Of a stretch of 64,000 nucleotides of DNA, positions 1 through 12,283 are shown in pieces (positions within the stretch are counted from its first letter, which is position 1; each line of letters begins with the position of its first letter). A model generated the notes under the pieces. That model saw nothing but the letters and a program-made list of their open reading frames with translations. It did not search any database and had not been told where the DNA came from. The translations under genes and the position numbers were made by a program. The DNA comes from Escherichia coli (GTDB lineage: Bacteria; Pseudomonadota; Gammaproteobacteria; Enterobacterales; Enterobacteriaceae), in the NCBI RefSeq assembly GCF_003018235.1, contig NZ_CP027437.1; one strand, 5' to 3'.

Positions 1-316
1 GAATGAACATCGCCGCCGAGAACAGCGCCAGGCTGTGGCTGAACATCAAACCGGCAACCGCCAGCACCATCAGGAGAAAGCCAAAACGTAACTGCGTTTT
101 CAACGGGACGATTTCCATCAGCCAGGCGTTGAGGAAGATAGAGATTAAAATGCCGGCGTTGAGGAAGGTGAAGGTATTACTCATACTGGAAACAGGCAGA
201 TTGAAATAATCGGCGATATTTCCCATCACCATCCCGGTGACAATAACCAACGCACCGGTCAGTGCGTAGGAGAGAAAGCTAATCCATGTGAGCTTGATGC
301 GATTGCTGTTAGTCAT
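1..316 (-). CDS. tsgA: TsgA-like MFS transporter, N-terminal part; gene runs off the window start
   Basis: Minus-strand ATG at 314-316 followed by MTNSNRIKL..., open to window edge; absent from ORF track because it has no stop in the window. Confidence 0.7.
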
Positions 317-438
317 GATTGGCCTGCGTTCAAAAATAAAATGGCATAGCGGGTTATGCCGAGAGCGGGCGATTTTAGGCGATTTTGTGATCTGATTAAA
401 TGTTTTATTGCAATCGGTTGCTAAATTGCATTTTAAGA

Positions 439-454
439 GGTGATTTTGATCACA
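439..454. promoter_or_regulatory. Candidate CRP binding site (GGTGA-N6-TCACA) in the tsgA/ppiA divergent region
   Basis: Sequence ggtgattttgatcaca matches TGTGA-N6-TCACA at 9 of 10 positions; CRP regulation of ppiA is from memory. Confidence 0.4.
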
Positions 455-577
455 GAATAAAAAGTGATCGTCAGGTTACATATATTTCAGATACGTAAAA
501 TTAGGTAAAGGGATGGCCTTGTTCTTGAAGGCTATTTAGAATCTCTTCACTTGCTTTTTTTCTGCTCTGTTTGTTAA

Positions 578-1159
<582 letters not shown>

Positions 1160-1165
1160 TGATTT

Positions 1166-1198
1166 CTCGCGCGGGCAATCTTGCCCGCGCTTCTGCTC
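1166..1198 (+). terminator. Possible ppiA terminator hairpin
   Basis: GC stem gcgcgggca/gcccgcgc just after ppiA stop; weak T tract. Confidence 0.35.
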
Positions 1199-1263
1199 TC
1201 CCGGCGTAACCCGGATTTGCCGCTTATACTTGTGGCAAATGGACACGTTCAGGGAGGCATCAA

Positions 1264-1431
1264 GTGAAGAAACTCACCGATAAGCAAAAGTCCCGTCTCT
1301 GGGAGCTTCAGCGTAATCGTAATTTCCAGGCCAGTCGCCGTCTTGAAGGCGTCGAGATGCCTTTAGTCACTCTTACTGCCGCAGAGGCTTTAGCGCGCCT
1401 TGAAGAGCTGAGGAGGCACTATGAGCGATAA
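1264..1431 (+). CDS. yhfG: YhfG, small protein encoded upstream of and overlapping fic
   Basis: GTG-initiated 55-codon frame ([20 protein letters not shown]...) ending TAA at 1429-1431, overlapping the fic start; too short for the ORF track. Confidence 0.7.
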   Translation: MKKLTDKQKSRLWELQRNRNFQASRRLEGVEMPLVTLTAAEALARLEELRRHYER

Positions 1432-2023
1432 ATTCGGCGAAGGGCGCGATCCGTATCTTTATCCTGGCCTTGATATCATGCGTAACCGGCTGAACATCCG
1501 CCAGCAACAGCGGCTGGAACAGGCCGCTTACGAAATGACGGCGCTGCGTGCTGCGACCATTGAGCTTGGTCCGCTGGTGCGCGGTTTACCGCATTTGCGC
1601 ACTATCCATCGCCAGCTGTATCAGGATATTTTCGACTGGGCGGGGCAATTGCGTGAAGTTGATATTTATCAGGGCGATACGCCGTTCTGCCACTTTGCCT
1701 ATATCGAAAAAGAGGGCAATGCCCTGATGCAGGATCTGGAGGAAGAAGGTTATCTGGTTGGCCTGGAGAAAGAGAAGTTCGTCGAGCGGCTGGCACATTA
1801 CTATTGTGAAATCAACGTGCTGCATCCCTTCCGTGTGGGAAGCGGACTGGCACAGCGGATCTTCTTCGAGCAGCTGGCGATTCATGCGGGCTACCAACTG
1901 AGCTGGCAGGGTATCGAAAAAGAGGCCTGGAATCAGGCAAATCAGAGTGGGGCAATGGGGGATCTCACCGCACTGCAGATGATATTTAGCAAAGTGGTAA
2001 GCGAAGCCGGGGAATCTGAGTAA
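1421..2023 (+). CDS. fic: Fic family protein
   Basis: 200-aa ORF with Fic-like motif [12 protein letters not shown] at residues 135-146. Confidence 0.9.
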   Translation: MSDKFGEGRDPYLYPGLDIMRNRLNIRQQQRLEQAAYEMTALRAATIELGPLVRGLPHLRTIHRQLYQDIFDWAGQLREVDIYQGDTPFCHFAYIEKEGNALMQDLEEEGYLVGLEKEKFVERLAHYYCEINVLHPFRVGSGLAQRIFFEQLAIHAGYQLSWQGIEKEAWNQANQSGAMGDLTALQMIFSKVVSEAGESE

Positions 2024-2054
2024 AATAGCGCGGTTCTTTCGTACCGGAGCCGCC

Positions 2055-2618
2055 ATGATCCTGCTTATAGATAACTACGATTCTTTTACCTGGAACCTCT
2101 ACCAGTACTTTTGTGAACTGGGGGCGAATGTGCTGATTAAGCGCAACGATGCGTTGACGCTGGCGGATATCGACGCCCTTAAACCACAAAAAATTGTCAT
2201 CTCACCCGGACCCTGTACGCCAGATGAAGCCGGGATCTCGCTTGACGTTATTCGCCACTATGCCGGGCGCTTGCCGATTCTTGGCGTTTGCCTCGGTCAT
2301 CAGGCAATGGCACAGGCATTTGGCGGCAAAGTTGTGCGCGCAGCAAAGGTCATGCACGGCAAAACCTCGCCGATTACACATAGCGGTGAGGGCGTATTTC
2401 GGGGGCTGGCAAATCCACTTACCGTGACACGCTACCATTCGCTGGTGGTGGAACCTGACTCATTACCAGCGTGCTTTGAAGTGACGGCCTGGAGCGAAAC
2501 CCGCGAGATTATGGGGATTCGCCATCGCCAGTGGGATCTGGAAGGTGTGCAGTTCCACCCGGAAAGTATTCTCAGCGAACAAGGACATCAACTGCTGGCT
2601 AATTTCCTGCATCGCTGA
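2055..2618 (+). CDS. pabA: Aminodeoxychorismate synthase component II (glutamine amidotransferase)
   Basis: 187-aa ORF with class I GATase motifs (GVCLGHQ). Confidence 0.95.
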   Translation: MILLIDNYDSFTWNLYQYFCELGANVLIKRNDALTLADIDALKPQKIVISPGPCTPDEAGISLDVIRHYAGRLPILGVCLGHQAMAQAFGGKVVRAAKVMHGKTSPITHSGEGVFRGLANPLTVTRYHSLVVEPDSLPACFEVTAWSETREIMGIRHRQWDLEGVQFHPESILSEQGHQLLANFLHR

Positions 2619-2688
2619 TTTCTGATTGCTATTAAGTGATTTTTTATGCATATTTTGTGATTATAATTTCACATTGGTTTATGCGTAA

Positions 2689-3924
<1,236 letters not shown>

Positions 3925-3928
3925 ATAC

Positions 3929-3978
3929 GACGCATCAGGCAAAAGATGTCGGATGCGGCGCGAACGCTGTATCCGATG
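3929..3978. repeat. REP-like palindromic elements between convergent argD and yhfK
   Basis: cgcatcaggc and tcggatgcggcgcgaacgctgtatccgatg resemble the E. coli REP consensus (GCCGGATGCGGCG...TTATCCGGCC). Confidence 0.45.
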
Positions 3979-3990
3979 GTTTAGCCTGCA

Positions 3991-6081
3991 TTACGCCTTC
4001 GAATCCCGCAACTTGCGACTCAGCCAAATCCCGTGATGCGGTCGCTGACGCCATGCCATCGACGAAATGGTGTGCATGGTGTTCAGATGACCAATAACCC
4101 GCTGTAAATGCTGCTCCAGCGTACCTGCCGCGCCTTCGTGCGGCTGCATCTCCGGCGCATCCATGATATTGGCATCGCCAGAACTACCCGGTTCGTCATA
4201 CTCCAGTCGCTGCTGACAACGCTGAATGGCGATTTCACAAGACTGTAAATACTCTTGTGCCAGTTCAGGTGGCAATGCCCGGTGTTCCCGCGCCAGCGTG
4301 GTCATGGCATTAATATGCTCAACAATAAACTGGCTGTGCGTTACCCACAGTTTCATATCTGCCAGATAATGGCTGTTAAACGCCGGTTCCTGCATCGCCT
4401 GATTCAATGAGTTATACAGAGTGTTATGCGCCTGATTTACCCGCATTCGCTGCCAGGCCAGTGGCGTAGGTTGCGGATCCTCGCTAAGAATCAAGCGAAT
4501 CGCTTCCTGATAGGCTTCTAAAGCGTCATGGGCGTTTTTACGCAATAACCCGCTCTGCCACTGCGGCCACAGCCAGACAGTACCGCCGAAAGCAATTAAA
4601 CAACCAATAATGGTATCGATAAGACGCGGAAGGATGTACTGCTCGCCGTTCAACCACAATAGTTGCAGGGTATACACTGCGGTAATAGTAAAACCGACCG
4701 TCGCCCAGCCGTAGTTTTTGCGCAATATCAGGTAGCTGGCGAGGGTGGTAATCAGCATCAAGGTCAGAGTGTAACCTTCGGGAATTTTAAAGTGCAGGGC
4801 AACGCCCGCAATGATTAACCCGACCACGGTTCCCACGGAGCGATTCACAATCCTCAGACGGGTTGCGCCATAGCCATTTTGCGTCACCAGCAATACCGTC
4901 ATCAGGATCCAGTACGACTTCGGCAGATGCAGCGCGGTGCCCATCAGGCTGGCAACGCTTAACATCACACTGAGTCGTCCGGCATTGCGTAGCGCCGGAG
5001 ACTTTAGTGACAGATAACTTTTCAGCGCCGGAAGTAATGGCATTCGCCGCTGTTTATCGGCCAGTAAGTCACGCGCATAGAGCGGTTTTTGGGTGCGCAG
5101 CACGCGGGCGATGCGGCTGAAATGCCAGTAGCAGAATTGCCCAACCGGATTATCCGGATGCTGGCGGGCGATTTTTTCCAGTGCGCCAATTTGCTTTTCC
5201 ATCGTAAAACGCGTCGGCAGGCGATGGTAAAGAATGTCATCAGCCAGCACGCGCAGGCGAGCGGCGACGGTTTGCGCATTCCAGCGAATAACTTCCTCCG
5301 CATGGCTACGCTCGACCAGCTTTTGCACCTCTTCCGGCTGATGCAAACTGACCGAAATATGTTCCTGCAAATCCAGCGCCTCCTGGAAAATACGCAGCAT
5401 CCGCTTGTAATCGGTATTATTTTGCGCGGAAAGCATATGCATTTGCTGATAGCACTGGGTAATTAGATCGACCGCTTTTTGCTGGCGCACCAGCAGCGGC
5501 GGCAGCGCTTTTTCAGGGTCGGTGTGCTGGGTAAGCAGGCTGTATTTGGCTTCACAATAATCTGCCAGTTCACGGTACAGCAGACTTAGTGACTCGCGCA
5601 GCGGTTGTTCGCGCCAGATCCAGAACCAAAACCAGTTAAACAATCCGTACCAGAGAGTGCCCAACGCATAGATGAGCAACGGTTCCCAGACCGGCATGTA
5701 TCCCGCCAGACTGAGGGTAAAAATGGCGGCGAGCAGCGATGCGGGAAGCAATTTTGCGTGCAATGGCCCCAGCTCAGCAGTGACGCCAAGTACCAGCGTT
5801 AATCCGGTCAGCAAAAAGGGCAGAGGAACATCTTTTGCCAGTAGTAGCTGTGTCAGCAAGCTACAGGTGGCAAACAGCGACGCACCAATGATTAAGCGTT
5901 TGAAAAAACGTTTATGAGGCGTATCAAGGCCCGCAATATTGCAACAAGCAGGAACGAGGGAGAAGAGCAGACCGAATCGTAATTCGCCAAGCATTAACCC
6001 AACGGCCACGGGCAAACATAGCACCAGCGTTTGTCGAAGTGCATAGTTGATATCGGGGTGATAAATCAGCCTGCGCCACAT
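3991..6081 (-). CDS. yhfK: Inner-membrane FUSC-family putative transporter YhfK
   Basis: Multi-TM ORF; track ORF extends to 6093 from a TTG, but the ATG at 6079-6081 (MWRRLIYHP...) lies clear of the crp terminator. Confidence 0.85.
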   Translation of the reverse strand: MWRRLIYHPDINYALRQTLVLCLPVAVGLMLGELRFGLLFSLVPACCNIAGLDTPHKRFFKRLIIGASLFATCSLLTQLLLAKDVPLPFLLTGLTLVLGVTAELGPLHAKLLPASLLAAIFTLSLAGYMPVWEPLLIYALGTLWYGLFNWFWFWIWREQPLRESLSLLYRELADYCEAKYSLLTQHTDPEKALPPLLVRQQKAVDLITQCYQQMHMLSAQNNTDYKRMLRIFQEALDLQEHISVSLHQPEEVQKLVERSHAEEVIRWNAQTVAARLRVLADDILYHRLPTRFTMEKQIGALEKIARQHPDNPVGQFCYWHFSRIARVLRTQKPLYARDLLADKQRRMPLLPALKSYLSLKSPALRNAGRLSVMLSVASLMGTALHLPKSYWILMTVLLVTQNGYGATRLRIVNRSVGTVVGLIIAGVALHFKIPEGYTLTLMLITTLASYLILRKNYGWATVGFTITAVYTLQLLWLNGEQYILPRLIDTIIGCLIAFGGTVWLWPQWQSGLLRKNAHDALEAYQEAIRLILSEDPQPTPLAWQRMRVNQAHNTLYNSLNQAMQEPAFNSHYLADMKLWVTHSQFIVEHINAMTTLAREHRALPPELAQEYLQSCEIAIQRCQQRLEYDEPGSSGDANIMDAPEMQPHEGAAGTLEQHLQRVIGHLNTMHTISSMAWRQRPHHGIWLSRKLRDSKA

Positions 6082-6087
6082 CGGGGG

Positions 6088-6120
6088 AAACAAAATGGCG
6101 CGCTACCAGGTAACGCGCCA
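6088..6120 (-). terminator. crp rho-independent terminator
   Basis: Minus-strand GC-rich hairpin tggcgcgttacc...ggtagcgcgcca followed by a T-rich tract, just after the crp stop. Confidence 0.55.
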
Positions 6121-6131
6121 CTCCGACGGGA

Positions 6132-6764
6132 TTAACGAGTGCCGTAAACGACGATGGTTTTACCGTGTGCGGAGATCAGGTTCTGATCTTCCAGCATCTT
6201 CAGAATGCGTCCCACGGTTTCACGAGAACAGCCGACAATCTGACCAATTTCCTGACGGGTAATTTTGATTTGCATACCGTCCGGGTGAGTCATAGCATCC
6301 GGTTGTTTTGCCAGGTTCAGCAGAGTCTGTGCAATGCGGCCCGTCACATCGAGGAACGCCAGGTTGCCCACTTTCTCTGAAGTGACTTGCAGACGACGCG
6401 CCATCTGTGCAGACAGACGCATCAGAATGTCCGGGTTTACCTGAATCAATTGGCGAAATTTTTTGTACGAAATTTCAGCCACTTCACAGGCGGTTTTCGC
6501 ACGTACCCATGCGCTACGTTCCTGGCCCTCTTCAAACAGGCCCAGTTCGCCAATAAAATCACCCTGATTCAGATAGGAGAGGATCATTTCTTTACCCTCT
6601 TCGTCTTTGATCAGCACTGCCACAGAGCCTTTAACGATGTAGTACAGCGTTTCCGCTTTTTCACCCTGGTGAATAAGCGTGCTCTTGGATGGGTACTTAT
6701 GAATGTGGCAATGAGACAAGAACCATTCGAGAGTCGGGTCTGTTTGCGGTTTGCCAAGCACCAT
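6132..6764 (-). CDS. crp: cAMP receptor protein, global transcription regulator
   Basis: 210-aa ORF with the CRP sequence ([48 protein letters not shown]...). Confidence 0.98.
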
Positions 6765-7065
6765 GCGCGGTTATCCTCTGTTATAAGCTTTCTCCAGAGC
6801 CAGATAACGCCGCTGTCTCTGGATTGCCGAAATATGCTTCCCGCTACCTGGGAAGGGGCTATCAACTGTACTGCACGGTAATGTGACGTCCTTTGCATAC
6901 ATGCAGTACATCAATGTATTACTGTAGCATCCTGACTGTTTTAGCATAGCTTTCGCTTTGTGTCTCCTGGTGTCTCGCTTCAGCATGACCCAGGTCGCCT
7001 TCCGTTGCGCGATTTGGTTAGTACGCGTACTCTGTCAGGAAAATTGACGCAGTGGAGTAGCAAAA
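6765..7065. promoter_or_regulatory. crp promoter and long leader region, with divergent yhfA promoter
   Basis: 300-bp non-coding gap between divergent crp and yhfA; individual sites not resolved. Confidence 0.35.
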
Positions 7066-7470
7066 ATGCAAGCGCGAGTGAAGTGGGTCGAAGGGTTAAC
7101 TTTTCTGGGCGAATCCGCCTCTGGTCACCAGATTTTAATGGACGGCAACTCAGGCGATAAAGCACCAAGTCCGATGGAAATGGTGTTGATGGCGGCGGGT
7201 GGTTGCAGTGCCATCGATGTGGTTTCTATTCTGCAAAAAGGGCGTCAGGATGTGGTCGATTGTGAAGTAAAATTGACCTCTGAACGCCGCGAAGAGGCAC
7301 CACGCCTGTTTACGCACATTAATCTGCATTTTATCGTCACCGGTCGCGACCTGAAAGACGCAGCGGTTGCGCGTGCGGTAGATCTCTCTGCCGAGAAATA
7401 TTGTTCAGTGGCGTTGATGCTGGAAAAAGCGGTGAATATTACTCACTCGTATGAAGTGGTTGCCGCGTGA
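7066..7470 (+). CDS. yhfA: OsmC-family protein YhfA
   Basis: 134-aa ORF. Confidence 0.85.
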   Translation: MQARVKWVEGLTFLGESASGHQILMDGNSGDKAPSPMEMVLMAAGGCSAIDVVSILQKGRQDVVDCEVKLTSERREEAPRLFTHINLHFIVTGRDLKDAAVARAVDLSAEKYCSVALMLEKAVNITHSYEVVAA

Positions 7471-7524
7471 TTTAACTATCCCGTTGTGAAGCCGGATAGT
7501 ATTTTATCCGGCGTAATAGCAGAG

Positions 7525-8394
7525 TTACTCGATTTTCTTCCCTTCCATCAATCGTTGCACCAGCGGCAGCATAATTAATTCCATTGCCAGACCCATTTTG
7601 CCGCCCGGTACCACTAACGTATTGACGTGGGAAATGAATGAGCCTTGCAACATCGCCAGCAGCCAGGGGAAATCGATCCCTTCCAGATTACGAAAATGGA
7701 TCACCACAAAGCTTTCATCCAGCGACGGGATACCTTTTGCCGCGAACGGGTTTGAGGTGTCGACGGTGGGAACGCGCTGGAAGTTAAGATGGGTGCGGGA
7801 AAACTGCGGTGTGATGTAGTTGATATAGTCTTCCATTGAACGCACTACCGAGTCCATCACTGCTTCTCGTGAGTGCCCGCGCTCGCTGGTGTCGCGGATC
7901 AGTTTTTGAATCCACTCAAGGTTAACGATAGGCACCACGCCAACCAGTAAATCCACATGCTGCGCAACGTTATGCTGTGGCGTGACTACGCCGCCGTGTA
8001 AACCTTCATAAAACAGTACATCCGTGGGTTCCGGTAAAGGTTGCCAGGGGGTGAATGTCCCCGGTACCTGATTCCACGGTACGGCTTCATCGTAGGTATG
8101 CAGATATTTGCGAGATTTCCCTTTGCCGCTCTGACCATATTCAATGAAGGTTTGTTCCAGCAGGCCAAAGTCGTTCGCTTCGGGGCCGAAGTAGCTGATA
8201 TGCCGCCCGGCGTCGCGCGCTTTGCGGATCGCCATGTCCATTTCCGGGCGGGTGTAACGGTGAAAACTGTCGCCTTCCACCTCAGCTGCATGCAGATTTA
8301 ACTGCGCGAATATTTTACGAAACGCGAGGCTGGTGGTGGTGGTCCCCGCGCCGCTGGATCCTGTTACCGCAATGACCGGATGTTTGGCAGACAT
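7525..8394 (-). CDS. prkB: Phosphoribulokinase-like protein
   Basis: 289-aa ORF with P-loop (AVTGSSGAGTTTT). Confidence 0.9.
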   Translation of the reverse strand: MSAKHPVIAVTGSSGAGTTTTSLAFRKIFAQLNLHAAEVEGDSFHRYTRPEMDMAIRKARDAGRHISYFGPEANDFGLLEQTFIEYGQSGKGKSRKYLHTYDEAVPWNQVPGTFTPWQPLPEPTDVLFYEGLHGGVVTPQHNVAQHVDLLVGVVPIVNLEWIQKLIRDTSERGHSREAVMDSVVRSMEDYINYITPQFSRTHLNFQRVPTVDTSNPFAAKGIPSLDESFVVIHFRNLEGIDFPWLLAMLQGSFISHVNTLVVPGGKMGLAMELIMLPLVQRLMEGKKIE

Positions 8395-8447
8395 AGTAAC
8401 TCCATGACTTAGCTATCATTATTATCTCGTCCGCCGACGGTTGCAGG

Positions 8448-8666
8448 TTATTCGCGAAACTGACTGCGCGGCATGATATTGACCGTTTCGTGCAGCTCCG
8501 ACCATACCAGCACCGCTTCTCCGCACTGTAGCTGGCGTTTGACGTCGGCGACTTTCTGTTCAAGTGTACGCTCATGTTCACCATAATCGGTGCCTTCACG
8601 TAACACAAAGCTTTCAATTAAATTTTCCAGCGTTTCGGGGGAGAGGTCTTGCCACGGAATCAACAT
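8448..8666 (-). CDS. yheU: UPF0270 protein YheU
   Basis: 72-aa ORF. Confidence 0.8.
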
Positions 8667-9682
8667 GATTTCGCCTCCAGATACGTTGTTAACCAGTCAG
8701 GAATGCGTGACTCCAGCCACATTTGTGGATGAAGTAATGTACCGCCAATAAAGCCAACATGACCGCCATGTTCAGTCAGCTGATACTCCACCTGCGGGGG
8801 GAGACTTTCCGGTTTCGGGATCACCTGATGATCCATAAACGGATCGTCTTTGGCGTGAATAATCAGCGTCGGTTTGGCTATCCGATTGAGCATCGGCATG
8901 GCGCTACACTGACGATAATAGTCGATAGCGTCAGCGTAGCCGTGAATTCTGGCGGTGATGAGATCGTCAAATTCACGGATGCGACGTACCGATTTTAACT
9001 GCGCGAGATTAATCGGCAGCGTTCCGGGGTAGGCAGCCAGCTTGCGTGCGGCATTGGCTTTTAACAGGTTCAGCAAGTAACGCTGATAGACGCGGGAAAA
9101 GCCCTTTTCCATATGATAGCTACAGGCTTCCAGCATAAACGGCGCAGAGACAATCACCGCCGCATCAATCGGGAGATCATTGCCTTCTTTTGCCAGCAAA
9201 CAGGCCAGCATATTACCGCCGAGCGAATAGCCGACGGCAGCCGTTGGCGCATGACCAGACTCGCGTTGCAGCCAGCGTAAAAACCAACTGGCGTCTTCGG
9301 TTTCGCCCGAATGGTAAATGCGGTGCATACGGTTTGGTTCACCGCTGCATCCGCGAAAATGCATCACCACGCCCAGCCAGCCGCGCTTTTGCGCCGCCTC
9401 AACCAGACCGTGGGCGTAAGGGCTATTGAGACTGCCTTCCAGCCCGTGAAATACCACTAAACGCGGTTTATGACGCGCCTGTGCAGGGTCTTCACTCCAC
9501 GCGAGATCGACAAAATCGCCGTCGGGCAACTCCAGTCGCTGCCAGTGCGGGGTGAATTTCACCTTGCGACGAAACAGACGCGGCAGCATGGTTTGTAGAT
9601 GACAATTGCTAAAGCCGCGCATAGGGGTGAATTCAGCACTGCTGCTGAATTCATTGGCATCGGTCGTCGTTATCTTCGCCAT
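8660..9682 (-). CDS. yheT: Alpha/beta hydrolase YheT
   Basis: 340-aa ORF with GYSLGG nucleophile-elbow motif. Confidence 0.85.
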
Positions 9683-11601
9683 CAGTTGCTTTGGCCTTCC
9701 AGCAGCATCTGCTCAAGCTGCTCCTGGGCTTCCAGCCACGCCATTTCGCACTCTTCCAGGCCGGATTTGGCGCTGGCTTGCTGTTGCAGGCAGGCGGTCA
9801 ACTCCGCTTTACGGCTTTGATCGTACAGTTCGCTGTCGCCGAGTTTCTCTTCCGCCTGCGCCAGCTGTGCGTTCAGCTTCTCCATCTCTTTTTCCAGACG
9901 GGCAATCTCTTTACGCAGTGGCTGGGTTTGCGCACGCAGCTCCGCTTCCCGACGTTTCTGATCTTTACGTGCCTGGGCGCTGTTCGCGTTCTCTTTCTCT
10001 TTTGGCGCTTCGTCGGTCTGGTTTTCCTGCTTTTGTACGTCGCTCAACCACTGTTGATAATCTTCCAGATCGCCGTCGAACGGTTCGACTTTATGATCGT
10101 GAACCAGGTAGAGATCGTCAGTGGTGGAACGCAGCAAATGACGGTCGTGCGAGACGACAACCAGCGCGCCTTCGAACTCGATTAATGCTTCAGTCAGTGC
10201 CTGACGCATGTCGAGGTCAAGGTGGTTAGTCGGTTCGTCGAGCAGCAGCAGATTCGGACGCTGCCAGACAATTAATGCCAGCACCAGGCGGGCTTTTTCC
10301 CCACCGGAGAAGCGGCGCGTTTCTTCCGTCACTTTATCGCCCTGGAAACCAAAGCCGCCGAGGTAGTCACGCAGTTTTTGCTCCAGTTCCTGCGGCGCTA
10401 AACGTGCCAGATGTTGAATAGGCGATTCGTCGGCGCGCAGGTATTCAAGTTGATGCTGGGCGAAGTAGCCGAGCTTGATCCCTTTCGCCAGACCAATTTC
10501 ACCGCTGACTGGCGCAAGTTCACCGGCTAACAGTTTGATTAATGTCGATTTACCCGCGCCGTTGCGGCCTAGCAGACCAATGCGCGAGCCGGGGACCAGA
10601 TTCAGTTTAATCGAGTCGAGAATAATGCGATCACCATAGCCTGCGCTGACCTTTTCCATCTTCAGTAACGGATTTGGCAGGCTTTCCGGCGCGCGGAAGC
10701 TAAAGCGGAACGGGTTGTCGACGTGCGCGGGGGCAATCAGCTCCATACGCTCAAGCATCTTAATGCGGCTCTGGGCCTGCTTCGCTTTGGTGGCTTTGGC
10801 ACGGAAACGGTCGATATAACTTTGCAGATGCGCCACGCGTTCCTGCTGGCTTTCGTACATCGCTTGTTGCTGCGCCAGACGGGTGGCGCGCTGAACTTCA
10901 AACGAACTGTAGTTGCCGGTGTACTCGAACATGCTTTGTTGTTCGATATGAATAATTTTATCAACGATCGGATCGAGGAAGTCGCGGTCATGAGAGATCA
11001 GGATCAGCGTGCCCTGATAGCTCTTCAGCCATTTTTCCAGCCAGATAACGGCATCGAGATCGAGGTGGTTAGTCGGTTCGTCGAGCAGCAGCAAGTCTGA
11101 ACGGCAAATCAGCGCCTGGGCAAGGTTAAGACGCATACGCCAGCCACCAGAGAAATCACTTACCGGGCGCTCCAGTTGTTCATTGCTGAAACCGAGGCCG
11201 TGCAGCAGGCTGGCGGCACGGGAGCGAATACTCCATGCGTCAATAGCATCCAGCTTGCCATGAATGGTCGCAATGGCGTGCCCGTCGTTACGTTCGTTGG
11301 CGTCGTGTAGCTGCGCTTCCAGTTGACGATATTCACGGTCGCCGTCAATGACATATTCCAGCGCCGCTTGCGGTAACGCCGGCGTTTCCTGATTCACCCA
11401 CGCCAGTTGCCAGCTTCCCGGAAAGGTGTAGCTGCCGCCGTCGGCGCTGATTTCATTTTTCAGCAATGCCAGCAGGGTAGATTTACCACAGCCGTTTTTA
11501 CCCACCAGGCCGACTTTCTGCCCGGGGTTGATGGTGGCGGTGGCATTATCCAGCAGGACGCGCACGCCGCGACGAATTTGTAACGAGGAGAAAACAATCA
11601 T
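9682..11601 (-). CDS. yheS: ABC-F family ATPase (two ABC domains) YheS
   Basis: 639-aa ORF with two Walker A motifs (GKNGCGKST, GRNGAGKST) and two signature regions. Confidence 0.9.
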   Translation of the reverse strand: MIVFSSLQIRRGVRVLLDNATATINPGQKVGLVGKNGCGKSTLLALLKNEISADGGSYTFPGSWQLAWVNQETPALPQAALEYVIDGDREYRQLEAQLHDANERNDGHAIATIHGKLDAIDAWSIRSRAASLLHGLGFSNEQLERPVSDFSGGWRMRLNLAQALICRSDLLLLDEPTNHLDLDAVIWLEKWLKSYQGTLILISHDRDFLDPIVDKIIHIEQQSMFEYTGNYSSFEVQRATRLAQQQAMYESQQERVAHLQSYIDRFRAKATKAKQAQSRIKMLERMELIAPAHVDNPFRFSFRAPESLPNPLLKMEKVSAGYGDRIILDSIKLNLVPGSRIGLLGRNGAGKSTLIKLLAGELAPVSGEIGLAKGIKLGYFAQHQLEYLRADESPIQHLARLAPQELEQKLRDYLGGFGFQGDKVTEETRRFSGGEKARLVLALIVWQRPNLLLLDEPTNHLDLDMRQALTEALIEFEGALVVVSHDRHLLRSTTDDLYLVHDHKVEPFDGDLEDYQQWLSDVQKQENQTDEAPKEKENANSAQARKDQKRREAELRAQTQPLRKEIARLEKEMEKLNAQLAQAEEKLGDSELYDQSRKAELTACLQQQASAKSGLEECEMAWLEAQEQLEQMLLEGQSN

Positions 11602-11728
11602 AAGGCGCCGTATGTTCAGACTATGTTAACTTATCATTATGATAATGTAGTGTATGGGCGAGCTGCCGCACCGGGCGCAATGGTAGCCCAAAACAGCGAC
11701 TATACACAAAAACCATACCGGGAGGGGG

Positions 11729-12283
11729 ATGATGTCTCAGCCAGCGAAAGTTTTGCTGCTGTATGCCCATCCGGAATCTCAGGACTCGGTGGCAAACCGG
11801 GTACTGCTTAAACCGGCCACGCAGCTCAGCAATGTTACCGTGCACGACCTTTACGCGCACTATCCCGATTTTTTTATTGATATCCCCCGTGAGCAGGCAT
11901 TACTGCGCGAGCACGAGGTGATTGTCTTTCAGCATCCTCTTTATACCTATAGCTGCCCGGCGCTACTGAAAGAGTGGCTGGACCGGGTATTAAGCCGTGG
12001 TTTTGCCAGCGGGCCGGGAGGAAACCAACTGGCGGGAAAGTACTGGCGTAGCGTGATTACCACCGGCGAGCCGGAAAGTGCTTACCGTTATGACGCCTTG
12101 AATCGCTACCCGATGAGCGATGTTCTGCGCCCCTTTGAACTGGCGGCGGGCATGTGCCGGATGCATTGGTTGAGTCCCATCATTATTTACTGGGCGAGAC
12201 GGCAAAGCGCACAGGAGCTGGCGAGTCACGCCAGAGCCTACGGTGACTGGCTGGCAAATCCGCTGTCTCCAGGAGGCCGCTGA
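11729..12283 (+). CDS. kefG: Glutathione-regulated K+ efflux system ancillary protein KefG
   Basis: 184-aa ORF; stop overlaps the kefB start. Confidence 0.9.

Noticed and set aside
3-209. 68-aa plus-strand ORF at the window start
   Set aside because: Lies antisense within the tsgA coding region, which reads out of the window on the minus strand.
6387-6881. 164-aa plus-strand ORF overlapping crp
   Set aside because: Antisense to crp, with no independent support.
9606-10229. 207-aa plus-strand ORF inside yheS
   Set aside because: Antisense to the ABC-F ATPase gene; Ala/Arg/Pro-rich product typical of a reverse-frame artefact.
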